Shown: positions 30,297-42,500 of the stretch, piece by piece
Numbering within the stretch: the first letter of the stretch is position 1
How the letters are laid out: every line of letters begins with the position of its first letter
NCBI GenBank assembly: GCA_964498215.1
Contig: CAZCHU010000001.1
Location: forward strand, 1 to 59,296
Length of the DNA stretch: 59,296 bases
Direction of reading: 5' to 3'
DNA from: an uncultured Mycobacterium sp.
Lineage (GTDB): Bacteria > Actinomycetota > Actinomycetes > Mycobacteriales > Mycobacteriaceae
Made by a program: the position numbers and the translations under genes
Notes under the pieces: generated by a model
Databases searched by the model: none
Told to the model about the DNA's origin: nothing
The model's input: the letters and a program-made list of their open reading frames with translations, nothing else

Positions 30297-31136
30297 GTGC
30301 GAAGAAGATTCGCGGGGCTGGCGCTCGCCTTGAGCGTGGCGCTGCCGGCCGCCTCGATGACGGGCGTACCCCCCGCGAGTGCCCAGCCCGGCAACGAACC
30401 CGCTGCCGCACAGGCACTTCCCGACGGCCCCGCCCAGGCGTGGCTACTCGCGGATCTCGACACGGGTCAGGTGCTGGCCAGCAAGGATCCATACGGCACG
30501 TACGCCCCGGCCAGCACGATCAAGGTGCTGCTCGCCACCGTGGTCCTCGACCACCTTCGACCAGATAGCTTCGCGAGGGCGAACGCATCCCACACGGATG
30601 TCGAATGTTCCTGCGTGGGGCTCACCCCGGGCCAGGCCTACACGACTCGCCAACTGCTCGAGGCCATCCTGATGGTCTCGGGCAACGATGCGGCCAACAT
30701 GCTCGCGGACATGCTCGGGGGGCGACAGGTGGCACTGGCGGCGATGAACCGCAAAGCCGCCCTGGTCGGCGCCCGCAGCACCAAGGCATCGTCACCTTCC
30801 GGGTTGGACGGACCCGGCTGGGAATCGGTCAGCACGCCACACGATCTGGCGGTCATCATGCGGGCGGCTCTGAAGTACCCGCTGATCGCCCACATCATGC
30901 GTCAGACCTCTGCGGAGTTCCCCGGCAGAACACTCACCAATCAGAATGAGCTGCTCACCCGCTACCCCGGTGACCTCGCCGGAAAAACGGGCTACACGAA
31001 CCTGGCCCGCAAGACCTACCTCGGTGCCGCCCAGCGCGGAAACAGGCGCCTCGTCGTGGTCCAGATGTATGGCACCGGCGATCTGTACGGGCAGGCGATC
31101 AAACTGTTCGACTGGGGTTTCAACCAAGGCCGCTAG
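30297..31136 (+). CDS. D-alanyl-D-alanine carboxypeptidase (DacB2-like), copy 2
   Basis: Signal peptide; ASTIK, SGN and KTG motifs; paralogous to the upstream gene. Confidence 0.92.
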   Translation: MRRRFAGLALALSVALPAASMTGVPPASAQPGNEPAAAQALPDGPAQAWLLADLDTGQVLASKDPYGTYAPASTIKVLLATVVLDHLRPDSFARANASHTDVECSCVGLTPGQAYTTRQLLEAILMVSGNDAANMLADMLGGRQVALAAMNRKAALVGARSTKASSPSGLDGPGWESVSTPHDLAVIMRAALKYPLIAHIMRQTSAEFPGRTLTNQNELLTRYPGDLAGKTGYTNLARKTYLGAAQRGNRRLVVVQMYGTGDLYGQAIKLFDWGFNQGR

Positions 31137-31140
31137 CGCG

Positions 31141-32223
31141 TCAATACACCCGGCCGCGCAGGATCACCAACCTCGGGTCCGCCAGAACAGCCGCGCCATC
31201 ACGGGGATCGTCGGCATAGCAGACCAGGTCCGCCGAGGCCCCGTGGGTGAGGGCAGGTCGACCCAACCACCGTCGGGCATCCCAGCAGGCGGCGCCCAGC
31301 GCTTCTGTCGGGCTCATGCCGATACCTTTGAGCGCCTCGACCTCGTCTCCGATCCGGCCGTGCGCGACGGTACTACCGGCATCGGTGCCGGCATAGATGG
31401 GCACCCCGGCCTCCCGCGCCGCACCGATCCGAGCCGGGCACGTCGCGTGGAGCGCACGCATATGGCGCTCGTAGCGGGGGTAGCGAGCCGCGGCAGCCGC
31501 GGCGATGTCCGGGAAGTGCTCGATGTTGATCAGCGTGGGCACCAAGGCGGTGCCGTGCTCGACCATCAGGTCGACAATGTCCTCGGTGAGCCCGGTGCCG
31601 TGTTCGATGCAGTCGATACCGGCCTTGATCAACCCCGGCAGCGCGTCCTCTCCGAACACGTGCGCGGTGACGCGGGCTCCGTTGTTGTGGGCGGCATCGA
31701 TAGCCGCTCGAAGCACATCATCGGACCACAGCGGTGCCAGGTCACCGACCTCGCGATCGATCCAGTCGCCCACCAGTTTGACCCAGCCGTCGCCCCAGCG
31801 CGCCTGCTCTGCGACTGCCCCGGGCAATTCCCACTCGTCGGTGAGTTCGGCGGCGAAGCCACGTTGGTATCGCTTGGGTCGCGCCAGATGGCGCCCGGCA
31901 CGGATGATTCGCGGCAGATCATGACGATCGTCGAGGCTACGGGTATCGGTAGGCGATCCCGCATCCCGGAGTAACAGTGCCCCGGCGGTCCGTTCGGTCT
32001 CGGCCTGCGCGACGGCCACGTCCATGTCGACGGCGCCCTGCGGACCGAGCCCGACATGGCAGTGGGCGTCGACCAGGCCGGGGAGGATCCAGCCCCCGTC
32101 AAACACCGTCTCCGCTTTGACCACTGGTTCGGCACTGAGTTGCCCACCGACGACCCACCATTCGACGGGGTCGCCGTCGGGCAGCCCGCGCCCCCTGACG
32201 TGAAGGGCCGTGCGATCGGGCAT
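31141..32223 (-). CDS. metal-dependent amidohydrolase (Rv2915c-like)
   Basis: PGLVDAHCH, IEHG and AGTDAG. Confidence 0.9.
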   Translation of the reverse strand: MPDRTALHVRGRGLPDGDPVEWWVVGGQLSAEPVVKAETVFDGGWILPGLVDAHCHVGLGPQGAVDMDVAVAQAETERTAGALLLRDAGSPTDTRSLDDRHDLPRIIRAGRHLARPKRYQRGFAAELTDEWELPGAVAEQARWGDGWVKLVGDWIDREVGDLAPLWSDDVLRAAIDAAHNNGARVTAHVFGEDALPGLIKAGIDCIEHGTGLTEDIVDLMVEHGTALVPTLINIEHFPDIAAAAAARYPRYERHMRALHATCPARIGAAREAGVPIYAGTDAGSTVAHGRIGDEVEALKGIGMSPTEALGAACWDARRWLGRPALTHGASADLVCYADDPRDGAAVLADPRLVILRGRVY

Positions 32224-33803
32224 CAATGACCTTTGGGAAACTTCAGTTTCGACAGATCGATGTCCGCCAGCCCGGGCGGGAGTTCGTTGAGCCCCTCGGG
32301 CATGTTCGACAGGTCGGGGAACCCGGCCGGCATACCGGGCATGCCCGCCCCGAGCGGATTGCGCGTCTTGGGCTGTGTGGGCCCGGCCCGTTTCTTTCTG
32401 CCCTTTTGCTTGTTCTTGCCCTTACCCTTGCCGGCTTTTCGCGACGAGGACTTGCGGCTGAACGGCATCCCCATCTGACCGGCCATCTGCGACATCATCT
32501 TGCGCGCCTCGAAGAAGCGATCGACCAGCTGATTCACCTCCGACACCGCGACACCGGAACCGTTGGCGATGCGCAGCCGGCGCGAGGCGTTGATGATCTT
32601 CGGATCGGCACGCTCCTGTGGCGTCATCCCCCGGATGATCGCCTGGACACGGTCGAGTTGGCTGTCGTCGACGGCTGCCAGCGCATCCTTCATCTGGCCT
32701 GCGCCGGGCAGCATGCCCAGCAGGTTGCCGATCGGACCCATCTTGCGGATCGCAAGCATCTGCTCAAGGAAATCTTCCAGCGTGAGCTCGCCGCTGCCGA
32801 TCTTCGCCGCGGTGGCTTCGGCCTGCTCTACGTCGAAGTGCTGCTCAGCCTGCTCGATCAGCGAGAGCACATCGCCCATGCCGAGGATGCGGCTGGCCAT
32901 CCGGTCGGGGTGGAAGACGTCGAAGTCGTCGAGCTTCTCCCCGCTTGAGGCGAACAGAATCGGCACGCCGGTGACCTCGCGCACCGACAGGGCCGCGCCG
33001 CCACGGGCGTCACCGTCGAGCTTGGTGAGCACGACGCCGGTGAAACCGACGCCCTCGCGGAACGCATCGGCGGTGGCTACCGCGTCCTGGCCGATCATGG
33101 CGTCCAGGACGAACAGCACCTCGTCGGGATCGACGGCGCTACGAATGGCCGCCGCCTGACCCATGAGTTCCTCGTCGATACCGAGTCGACCAGCGGTATC
33201 CACGACGACGACGTCGTAGTGCCTGGCCTTGGCCTCGGCCAGACCCGCCGATGCCACAGCCACCGGGTCGCCGGCTGTCATCTGTTCGAGCGACGCACCG
33301 TCCGGCGACACGCCGGGGTGCGGGGCGAAAACGTGTACGCCAGCGCGTTCGCCAACGATCTGCAGCTGGCTGACCGCACCGGGACGCTGTAGGTCGCATG
33401 CCACAAGCAGCGGCGTATGCCCTTGTTCCTTGAGCCATTTCGCGAGCTTGCCGGCCAGCGTGGTCTTACCCGAGCCTTGAAGACCGGCCAGCATGATGAC
33501 CGTTGGAGGAGTCTTGGCGAAGATCAGTTGACGGGTCTGGCCGCCGAGGATTCCGATGAGCTCCTCGTTAACGATCTTGACGACCTGCTGGGCCGGGTTG
33601 AGCGCTGCGGAGACCTCCGCCCCCTTGGCGCGATCCTTGATGCGGGCGACGAACCCCCGCACCACCGGCAGCGACACGTCGGCTTCCAGGAGTGCCAGCC
33701 TGATCTCGCGGCTAGTGGCATCGATGTCGGCATCGGTGAGCCGGCCCTTGCCGCGTAGGCCCGAGAGCGCACCGGTCAGCCGGTCGGACAGGGATTCAAA
33801 CAC
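32223..33803 (-). CDS. ffh: signal recognition particle protein Ffh
   Basis: GLQGSGKTT, DTAGR, TKLDGDARGG and M domain; GTG start at 33803. Confidence 0.98.
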   Translation of the reverse strand: MFESLSDRLTGALSGLRGKGRLTDADIDATSREIRLALLEADVSLPVVRGFVARIKDRAKGAEVSAALNPAQQVVKIVNEELIGILGGQTRQLIFAKTPPTVIMLAGLQGSGKTTLAGKLAKWLKEQGHTPLLVACDLQRPGAVSQLQIVGERAGVHVFAPHPGVSPDGASLEQMTAGDPVAVASAGLAEAKARHYDVVVVDTAGRLGIDEELMGQAAAIRSAVDPDEVLFVLDAMIGQDAVATADAFREGVGFTGVVLTKLDGDARGGAALSVREVTGVPILFASSGEKLDDFDVFHPDRMASRILGMGDVLSLIEQAEQHFDVEQAEATAAKIGSGELTLEDFLEQMLAIRKMGPIGNLLGMLPGAGQMKDALAAVDDSQLDRVQAIIRGMTPQERADPKIINASRRLRIANGSGVAVSEVNQLVDRFFEARKMMSQMAGQMGMPFSRKSSSRKAGKGKGKNKQKGRKKRAGPTQPKTRNPLGAGMPGMPAGFPDLSNMPEGLNELPPGLADIDLSKLKFPKGH

Positions 33804-33848
33804 GAGGCCAAGACTACTTGCCAACCCGCGGGTGCACGTGGGGGCTTG

Positions 33849-36320
33849 CTAGCTGGCTTCCTCCGCTTGCTTGACCGGCGGTGCCGGAAGAACCGTGAAC
33901 AACTCACGGTCCAGCGTTTGCCTCATCGCGACCTCCGCACTCCCGTCGGGCAGCGTGATTCCGAAGGCATCGACGACCGAGGAACCCAGCGTCGTGACTT
34001 TGGCCCAGGCAATGTCCACCCCGGCACGTTCGAACACCGCCGTGAGCACCGACAGGAGCCCGGCGCGATCGGTGGCCCGGATCTCGGCGACCAACTGCCC
34101 CGGCCCGCCGCCGTCGTGCCAGAGGACCCGCGGACGAGCTGCCGGAGGATTGATCGGGACGGCGGAGCGGACCTCGCCCGCCCGGGAGGTCACCGAACTG
34201 TCAGCCCGCTGCTCTAGCGCCCCAATCACGTCGAACTCACCCTCCACGGCGAGAATCAGCTGCTGGCGCAGCAGCTGCGCCGCCGGCGGGGTGCCGAAGT
34301 GCGGGGAGACGACGAACGTGTTGATCGCCGAACCCTCGACTATGTTGACCGACGCCGAGTGCACGCGCAGCGAGTTGAGCGCCAGCACACCGGCCGCTTT
34401 CGATAGCAGACCCCGGCGATCCGGCATGATCATCGTGACGCTGTAGATGTGCGCGGTGTCGGTGGGCGCCAGCTCGACATGCACCCGCGCCTGCGCCGCC
34501 AGCGCCAGGAACCGGGGGTCGACGGGATCGGGTTGCGGAAGTACTTCACCGGCCATCACCAACCGGCAACGCCGGACCAGGTCGCCGATCAGCGAGGCCT
34601 TCCAGTCACCCCACACGCCGGGGCCGGTGGCCAGCGAGTCGGCTTCGGCCAGTACGTGCAGCAGTTCGAGCACCTCAGGGTCGGCATTCAGGCTATCCAC
34701 GACACCGGCGATGACCTGGGGGTCCTGCAAGTCGCGTCTGGTAGCGGTTTGGGGTAGCAGCAGATGATGGCGCACCACCATGGACAGTGCGTCGATATCG
34801 CAGGGCCACAAGCCCAGCCGGCGACCAATCTGGGTGGCCAACTCGGCTCCGATGACGCTGTGGTCTCCGCCGCGGCCCTTGCCGATGTCATGCACCAGAG
34901 CGCCAAGTACGAGAAGATCGGGGCGGGCCACTCGTGTCGTGAAAGCGCTTGCTCGAGAGACGGTTTCGACCAAATGCCGATCGACGGTCCAGATGTGGAC
35001 GACGTCGCGGGGCGGCAGGTCGCGGACCGCTCCCCACTCGGGAAACAGTCTGCCCCACAATCCGGTGCGGTCGAGCGCTTCGATCGTCGCCACCGTCGTG
35101 GGCCCCGCCGCCAGCATCACCAGCAGGTCCTTCAATGCCTGACGCGGCCACGGTGCGCGAAGCTCCGGTGCGGTCTCCACCAACCGGCCGAGGGTTGAGC
35201 CCGCTATCGGGAGACCGGTGGTCGCTGACGCCGCGGCGACCCGCAGTATCAGGCCGGGATCACGCTCCGGGCGGGCATCACGGGCGAGAATCACTTCACC
35301 GTTGAACTCGACGACGCCTTCGTCGATCGGTCGGCGTACCGGTCGGCGCAGCACCGACAGCCCGCGCCGGGGTAACGAGTTGGCCGCTGTCCGGATACCC
35401 GAGTCGACGTAATAGCTGACGGTGCGGGCAGCATCGGAGAGCATGCGGGCCAGGTCGAATCGATCGCCGATGCGCAGCGAGGCGCCGATCTCGTCGGCGT
35501 GCTGGGCCAGCAGCAGCTCGCGACCTCGCCCCGCCACGCGGTGCAACTCGGTGCGGACATCGAGCAGCGCAAGGTGGGCTTCCCCCAAAGTCTCGGTCGG
35601 CGAGGCCAGCGACCGGCTGGGGTACACATCGGCCAGTTGCGCGATCGCCAGCGCGTTGAGCAGTTGAACGTCGCGCAGCCCGCCCCTGCCGCACTTCAAG
35701 TCCGGCTCGGCACGGTGAGCGATCTGGCCGCTACGTTGCCATCTCGCCCTGGCGTGCTCGACGAGTTCGTCGAAACGCGAGGCGATTCCGGTGCGCCACT
35801 GGCGGCGGGCTCCGCCCACCAGCAGCCCAGACAGGTTCTCGTCCCCGGCGACGTGTCGCGCCTCGAGCATCGCCAGACCGGCGGAGATGTCATCCCCAGC
35901 GACCTGCAGTGCCTGCGGCACGGTCCGAACACTGTGATCAAGCCGAATGTTGGCGTCCCACAGCGGGTACCACAGCAGCTCGGCCACCTCGCTGACGACC
36001 TCGGGCGGCATGTGGTCATGCAACAGCATCAGGTCAAGGTCGGAGTAGGGCAACAGCTCGCCGCGGCCCAGCCCTCCCGTCGCAACGATGGCAAAGCCGC
36101 TGGTCGCGGTGATGCCGATCTCGGTGGCTTTGGTGGTCAGCCAGAAGTCGTAAAGATCCAGCAGCGCGTCGCGCAGCACCGCCGAGGCCAGATGGCGCGA
36201 ACTGCCGGTGAGTAGTTGGTCGGCCGCTGCCACAAGATCGGTCGCCGGACGTAAAGAACCCGCCGCCGGACGCACCCATCGAGGAGTTCCAGCGGCGGGG
36301 TCTTGGGGCTGTCCCGTCAT
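33849..36320 (-). CDS. glnD: [protein-PII] uridylyltransferase
   Basis: [16 protein letters not shown] domain (HDIGKG) and ACT domains (DRRGLL, DRAGLL). Confidence 0.96.
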   Translation of the reverse strand: MTGQPQDPAAGTPRWVRPAAGSLRPATDLVAAADQLLTGSSRHLASAVLRDALLDLYDFWLTTKATEIGITATSGFAIVATGGLGRGELLPYSDLDLMLLHDHMPPEVVSEVAELLWYPLWDANIRLDHSVRTVPQALQVAGDDISAGLAMLEARHVAGDENLSGLLVGGARRQWRTGIASRFDELVEHARARWQRSGQIAHRAEPDLKCGRGGLRDVQLLNALAIAQLADVYPSRSLASPTETLGEAHLALLDVRTELHRVAGRGRELLLAQHADEIGASLRIGDRFDLARMLSDAARTVSYYVDSGIRTAANSLPRRGLSVLRRPVRRPIDEGVVEFNGEVILARDARPERDPGLILRVAAASATTGLPIAGSTLGRLVETAPELRAPWPRQALKDLLVMLAAGPTTVATIEALDRTGLWGRLFPEWGAVRDLPPRDVVHIWTVDRHLVETVSRASAFTTRVARPDLLVLGALVHDIGKGRGGDHSVIGAELATQIGRRLGLWPCDIDALSMVVRHHLLLPQTATRRDLQDPQVIAGVVDSLNADPEVLELLHVLAEADSLATGPGVWGDWKASLIGDLVRRCRLVMAGEVLPQPDPVDPRFLALAAQARVHVELAPTDTAHIYSVTMIMPDRRGLLSKAAGVLALNSLRVHSASVNIVEGSAINTFVVSPHFGTPPAAQLLRQQLILAVEGEFDVIGALEQRADSSVTSRAGEVRSAVPINPPAARPRVLWHDGGGPGQLVAEIRATDRAGLLSVLTAVFERAGVDIAWAKVTTLGSSVVDAFGITLPDGSAEVAMRQTLDRELFTVLPAPPVKQAEEAS

Positions 36321-36339
36321 GGTTGGTCCACGATGTGGA

Positions 36340-36711
<372 letters not shown>

Positions 36712-38064
36712 TCAGGCGAGCTCGTAAGCCGTTTCGGCATGTTCAGTCTCATCGATGCCGGTGTCCTCATCTTCCTTGGACACCCGCCAGCCGAGCGGCT
36801 TGACGATGAACGCGATGATCAGGGTCATGATCGCGGTGAAGATCATGGCCACCACTGCGATGACAATCTGCACGACAAGCTGCTGGATTCCCCCGCCGTA
36901 CAACAGGCCGGTCTCGACTGCTAGGAACCCGACCCCGATGGTGCCCCACAACCCGGCAACGAGGTGCACGCCGACGACATCGAGCGAATCGTCATAGCCG
37001 AACTTGTACTTCAGCCCGATGGCCAAGGCGGACAGCACGCCGGCGATCGCACCGAGGATCAGCGAACCGATCGCGCTGAGTGAACCGCAGGCGGGGGTGA
37101 TGGCAACCAAGCCCGCGACGATACCCGAGGCGGCACCCACGCTGGTGGCGTGGCCGTCCCGGATGCGCTCCACCAGCAACCATGCCAGCATTGCGGCCGC
37201 GGTGGCGGCAGTGGTGTTCACCCACACCGCACCGGCGAGCATGTCCGCCGCACCTTCGGAGCCGACGTTGAAACCGAACCAGCCGAACCACAGAATGGCG
37301 GCGCCGAGCAGCACGAACGGGACATTGTGCGGACGGAAGGCGATCTTGCCGAAGCTATTCCGCTTGCCCAGAAGTAGTGCCAGCACCAGCGCGGCCATAC
37401 CGGCATTGATATGCACCACGGTGCCACCGGCGAAGTCGATAGGCGCGACACTGGCGGCGCCTTCGTCATCCACGCCGAACAATTTGGCCGCGATACCCGA
37501 CTCAGAGCCCGAGAGCAGGCCGCCACCCCAGACCATATGGGCCAGCGGGAAATACACCAGCGTGACCCAGATGCCGCCGAACAGCAGCCAGGTGCCGAAC
37601 TTCATTCGCTCGGCCACCGCACCGCTGATCAGCGCCACGGTGATGACGGCGAAGGTGAGTTGGAAAGCCACCCAGACGATGGCGGGCACCGTGCCGAACC
37701 CGCCGAGGACGAACGTATCGACACCGGCGATCTCGCGAACCTCGGTCAGCTGGCTCAGTCCGAACAGGGAAAAAGGATTGTCGAAAACCCCGAAGAAGTT
37801 ACTGCCGCCGGTGTGCGCCGAGGCGAACGACATCGAGTAGCCCCACAGCACGTAGATGACGCTGACGACGCCCATGGAACCGAACGACATCATCAACATG
37901 TTGAGGACGGATTTCTGCCGGGACAGGCCGCCGTAGAAAAACGCCAGGCCAGGTGTCATGAACAGCACCAGGGCGGCAGAGGTGAGCACCCATGCCGTAT
38001 CACCGGCGCTCAAGCCCCCAGGCCCGAACGGCAGGAACGCATCGTCTGGTAAGGCAAAAACCAC
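36712..38064 (-). CDS. amtB: ammonium transporter
   Basis: FMTPGLAFFYGG, DFAGGTVVH, WFGWFGFN and DDSLDVVGVH. Confidence 0.97.
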   Translation of the reverse strand: MVFALPDDAFLPFGPGGLSAGDTAWVLTSAALVLFMTPGLAFFYGGLSRQKSVLNMLMMSFGSMGVVSVIYVLWGYSMSFASAHTGGSNFFGVFDNPFSLFGLSQLTEVREIAGVDTFVLGGFGTVPAIVWVAFQLTFAVITVALISGAVAERMKFGTWLLFGGIWVTLVYFPLAHMVWGGGLLSGSESGIAAKLFGVDDEGAASVAPIDFAGGTVVHINAGMAALVLALLLGKRNSFGKIAFRPHNVPFVLLGAAILWFGWFGFNVGSEGAADMLAGAVWVNTTAATAAAMLAWLLVERIRDGHATSVGAASGIVAGLVAITPACGSLSAIGSLILGAIAGVLSALAIGLKYKFGYDDSLDVVGVHLVAGLWGTIGVGFLAVETGLLYGGGIQQLVVQIVIAVVAMIFTAIMTLIIAFIVKPLGWRVSKEDEDTGIDETEHAETAYELA

Positions 38065-38130
38065 TTTGTGTGAACCTCCTCGAATAACAGCCGACAGAAT
38101 CGGCCTCGCAGAAGAGACTCTGTGGCAGGG

Positions 38131-38200
38131 GTTTCACCGGTGATTCTGTTGTGTTTCGGATGCGTGAACGGACAAGCCGAAGTCGTTACGCTCGTGTTTC
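38131..38200 (-). promoter_or_regulatory. GlnR binding-site array upstream of amtB
   Basis: Minus strand reads GAAAC-N6-GTAAC ... TTCAC-N6-GAAAC-N6-GAATC-N6-GAAAC, with 11-bp periodicity. Confidence 0.8.
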
Positions 38201-38227
38201 AGCCCGCACAAACGGCGAAAGTCGGGG

Positions 38228-39529
38228 TTAGCCGAGGAGTGCATCCACGAACGCCGCCGGCTCGAAGGGCGCCAGGTCGTCCGGTCCTTCGCCCAGTCCG
38301 ACCAGCTTGACCGGCACTCCGAGTTCCTGCTGGACGCGGAAGACGATGCCGCCCTTGGCAGTGCCGTCCAGCTTGGTCAATACAACGCCGGTGATGTCGA
38401 CGACTTCGGCGAAAACGCGCGCCTGCGGCAAGCTGTTCTGGCCGATCGTCGCGTCCAGCACGAGCAGGACTTCGTCAACGTCCGCCCGACGCCCCACTAC
38501 TCGCTTGACCTTGCCCAGCTCGTCCATCAGGCCGGTTTTGGTGTGCAGGCGGCCCGCGGTGTCAATAACGACGACGTCCGCTCCGGAGGATATTCCGGTG
38601 TCGACGGCATCGAAGGCCACCGATGCCGGATCGGCCCCTTCGGGCCCGCGCACCACCTGGGCACCGACGCGAGAGGCCCATGTCTGGAGTTGGTCGGCGG
38701 CCGCGGCTCGGAATGTGTCGGCTGCGCCCAGGACCACCCGCCTGCCATCGGCGACCAGGACACGCGCAAGCTTGCCGACCGTCGTGGTCTTTCCCGTTCC
38801 GTTGACCCCGACCACGAGCAGCACCGACGGCTTGTCGTCGTGCGGCAGCGCCCTGATCGAGCGGTCCAGGTTGGGCTGCAGTTCCGTGATCAGCACCTCG
38901 CGCAGCACCGCGCGGGCATCGGCTTCGGTGCGCACCTTGCTGCTCGCCATCTGGGAACGCAACGCCGCCACCACCGATTCGGTGACAACCGGCCCCAGGT
39001 CGGCGATCAACAGGGTGTCCTCGATCTCCTCCCAGGACTCCTCATCCAAGTCGCCGCCGCCGAGCAGGCCCAACATGCTTCGGCCGAGCGCATTCTGTGA
39101 CTTCGCCAGCCGACCGCGCAGCCGGTCCAGCCGGCCGTCCGGCGGCGCTATGTCGCCGATGTCAGGTGCGGCCGGCACCTCGGGCGTCTCTGCCGGCGGC
39201 TCGGGCGTCTCGGCTGGCGGCTCGAGCGTGGGAGTCTCGGTCGGCGGCTCGGGCGTGGGCGTCTCGACGGGCGGCTCGGGAAGCTTCACATCGGCGATCG
39301 GGCGCTTCGGCGCATCCCGCGGGATGGTGGCGTCGTCGCCCACCGTCGGCACCCCACTGAACGTGATGCCTGAGGAGGCGGTGTAGCCGCCTGACCGATC
39401 GATAGCAGTGCCCTCATCTGGCGCCGACAACCGGATGCGGCTGCGGCGATACCGCACCAGGCCAACGACCAGCGCGGCTACCAGCAGGACGGCGATGACC
39501 GCGATTGCGATCCAAAGACCTTCAGACAC
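38228..39529 (-). CDS. ftsY: SRP receptor FtsY
   Basis: N-terminal TM segment, GVNGTGKTT, DTFRAAA, DTAGR and TKLDGTAKGG. Confidence 0.97.
   Translation of the reverse strand: MSEGLWIAIAVIAVLLVAALVVGLVRYRRSRIRLSAPDEGTAIDRSGGYTASSGITFSGVPTVGDDATIPRDAPKRPIADVKLPEPPVETPTPEPPTETPTLEPPAETPEPPAETPEVPAAPDIGDIAPPDGRLDRLRGRLAKSQNALGRSMLGLLGGGDLDEESWEEIEDTLLIADLGPVVTESVVAALRSQMASSKVRTEADARAVLREVLITELQPNLDRSIRALPHDDKPSVLLVVGVNGTGKTTTVGKLARVLVADGRRVVLGAADTFRAAAADQLQTWASRVGAQVVRGPEGADPASVAFDAVDTGISSGADVVVIDTAGRLHTKTGLMDELGKVKRVVGRRADVDEVLLVLDATIGQNSLPQARVFAEVVDITGVVLTKLDGTAKGGIVFRVQQELGVPVKLVGLGEGPDDLAPFEPAAFVDALLG
39172..39285. repeat. imperfect Pro/Glu/Thr coding repeats in the FtsY linker
   Basis: PEPPVETPT-PEPPTETPT-LEPPAET-PEPPAET-PEVP. 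Confidence 0.8.
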
Positions 39530-39550
39530 CTCGCCATTGTGGCAGGGCCA

Positions 39551-42500
39551 TCAGGAAGTGCTGGCCACCAGCTCCTGACCGCGCATTCGCTGCGAGATGA
39601 TCGCGGTGATGCCGTCGTTGCGCATCGTGACGCCATATAGCGCGTCGGCGACTTCCATCGTCGGCTTTTGGTGGGTGATCACGATCAGCTGCGAACGCTC
39701 CCGCAGCTGCTCGAACAGGCTGATCAGCCGACGCAGGTTGACGTCGTCGAGCGCGGCCTCCACCTCGTCCATCACGTAGAACGGTGACGGCCGCGCACGG
39801 AAGATAGCCACCAGCATCGCCACCGCCGTCAACGACTTCTCACCGCCGGACAGCAGCGATAACCGCTTGATCTTCTTACCGGGCGGGCGGGCCTCCACCT
39901 CAATGCCCGTGGTCAGCATGTCGCCCGGGTCGGTCAACAGGAGTCTGCCTTCTCCCCCGGGAAACAGCGTCGAGAAAACCTGGGAGAACTCGCGTTCGAC
40001 GTCTGCGTATGCCTCGGTGAAGACCTGCAATATCCGGGTGTCGACATCGGTGATGACATCGAGTAGGTCCTTGCGGGCCGCTTTGACGTCCTCGAGCTGG
40101 GTGGACAGGAAATTGTAGCGCTCTTCGAGTGCGGCAAACTCCTCCAGGGCAAGCGGGTTGACCCTGCCCAGTTCCTTGAGCTCCCGCTCGGCGCGCTTGG
40201 CTCGCCGTTCCTGTGTAGGCCGGTCGAACGGCAGGGGCGCCGGCGCCGTGACCTGTTCACCACGTTCACGCGCCTGCTCGTACTCGGCCATCTCGAGCTC
40301 CGACGGGGGCAGCGGAACAGCGGGTCCGTACTCGGCGACGAGATCGGCGACAGCCATTCCGAACTGTTCGAGTACCTGCTCCTCGAGCTGCTCGATACGC
40401 AGTGCGGCCTGCGCTTTTGCGACCTCGTCACGGTGCAGCGAATCGGTGAGCAGGTTGATCCTGGTCGTGAACTCGTTGACCTCTTCGCGCGCCTTCGCCA
40501 ACGCAGCGGCGCGGACCTGACGTTCGGCGGCGACGTCGTCGCGGATGCTGGATGCGGAGGACACCGCCGCACTCAGCCGTGCGGCGACCAGCCCTCCAGC
40601 CTCGGCGACGGCGGCCGCGACCGTTGCGGCCTGGACCCGTGCCTCACGTGCACGTTGGGCACGGATTCGCGCCTCGCGCTCTGCAGCGGCCGCTCGCCGT
40701 AGCGAATCAGCCCGCCCGCGAACGGCATTCGCGCGTTCCTCAGCGGTACGCACGGCAAGCCGAGCCTCCACCTCCGCTGCCCGAGCTTCCTCGGCCGCGA
40801 CCATGGTTTCCTGACGGTTGACCGGCTCGGCTTCGAACAGCGGCTCCTGCTGGGTGTTGTGCAGGCGCTGCTCGAGTTGGGCCAGTTCGGCGACCGTGGA
40901 GTTTCGACTCGCCTCCAACTCGTCACGCTGCTCGATCAGCCTTTGCCACTCGTCGTCGGCAGCTCGCGCCTCCTGGCCCAGTCGACCCAGCTGTTCGTAG
41001 ATCGCCGAAATCGCGGCGTCGGACTCGTTCAGAGCGGCCAATGCCTGGTCGGCGGCGTCCTGGCGCGAGGTCTGTTCGGCAAGCGCGCCGGCCAGCGCGG
41101 CAGACAACTCAGCGACCTGCCGCTCGGCATCAGCCAGTGCAGCCTGCGCCTTATCAACCTCCGAGGTGATCTCCAGCGTGCTAGGCCTGCGATCCGACCC
41201 CCCGCTGACCCAACCGGCGCCGACGAGGTCGCCGTCGGTGGTCACTGCACGCAGTTGCGGTTGTGCCGCAACGAGTTCCAAGGCGTTCGCAAGATCGTCG
41301 ACCACCGCGACCCCGGCGAGCATCGCGGCTACGGCGGCACCTACCTTCGGTGCGGCGTCGACGACGTCCACCGCCCATGTGGCACCAGCCGGTAGCTGAC
41401 CCGGGGTCGTCACGACCTGGGCGGGCCAGTCCCCCAAGACGATGGCGGCACGCCCACCGTCGGACTCCTTCAGCGCAGCCACCGCGTCACGGGCAGCACC
41501 GAAGTTCTCCGCGGCCACCGCGTCGGCGGCGGCACCCAGGACGACGGCAACTGCCGCCTCGTAGCCGGAACGCACCTTGATCAGATGCGCGATAGAACCG
41601 AATAGTCCTGCACCACTGCGGTTTTCTTGAAGCCACGCGGCGCCGTCCTTGCGGTCCAGCCCGACGGAAAGCGCATCGATACGGGCCTGAAGGGAGGCGA
41701 CCTGACGTTCGGCCGCCCGCTCACCGGCCTGTAGCTCAGCAACGCGTTCGTCGGCCAAACGTAGCGCCGAGACCGTCCGGTCATGCTGTTCATCGAGTCC
41801 GACCTCGCCGGCATCGAGCTCGCCGACGCGGCCCTGAACGGTCTCGAACTCCGCCTGGGCCTGCTGGGCGCGGGTCGCGGCGTCATCGATGGCAGCGGTC
41901 ACCCGCGCGACGGTCTCACCGATCGACTCGGCACGGGTACGCATCGTCTCGACCTGGCCCGCCAGCCGAGCCACCCCCTCCCGCCGGTCGGCCTCGGCTC
42001 GGGCTGCGGCCAGGTGGGCCCGCTCGGCTTCCGCGGCGACCTGTTCCCGCTTGGCCAGTTCTGCGCGGGTGGCATCGAGACGGGCCCTGGCTTCGGCCAA
42101 CTCCTCGAGCAGGTGTTTTTCCTGACCAGCGACCTCCGCCGCCTGAGCCTCGAGGTCGTCGGGGTCGGGGCCGCTCGATGTGCCGGGTTCGGTATCAAGG
42201 TGCTGAGCGCGCTCGCTGGCGATGCGGACCGTCGCGCTGACCCGCTCGGCCAAGGCCGACAGCCGAAACCAGCGCTGCTGCGCGGCGTCTGCTCGCTCGC
42301 TGAGATCCGCGACGGCGGATTCGTGGGCCTCAAGCTCTACTGTCCGGGCATCCAGCCGCTGAGTGAGGTCGTCGTGTTCGCGCCGCAGGTTGGTCTCGGT
42401 TTGATTGGTGTCATCGAACTCGGCCTGGCGGGCTACCAGGTCGTCTGCGGCAAGTCGCAGGCGCGCGTCGCGAAGATCGGCCTGGATCGTCTGGGCGCGC

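Noticed and set aside
39172-39285. FtsY and rpsP repeats as a CRISPR array or mobile repeat
   Set aside because: In-frame low-complexity coding repeats with no spacers and no cas genes
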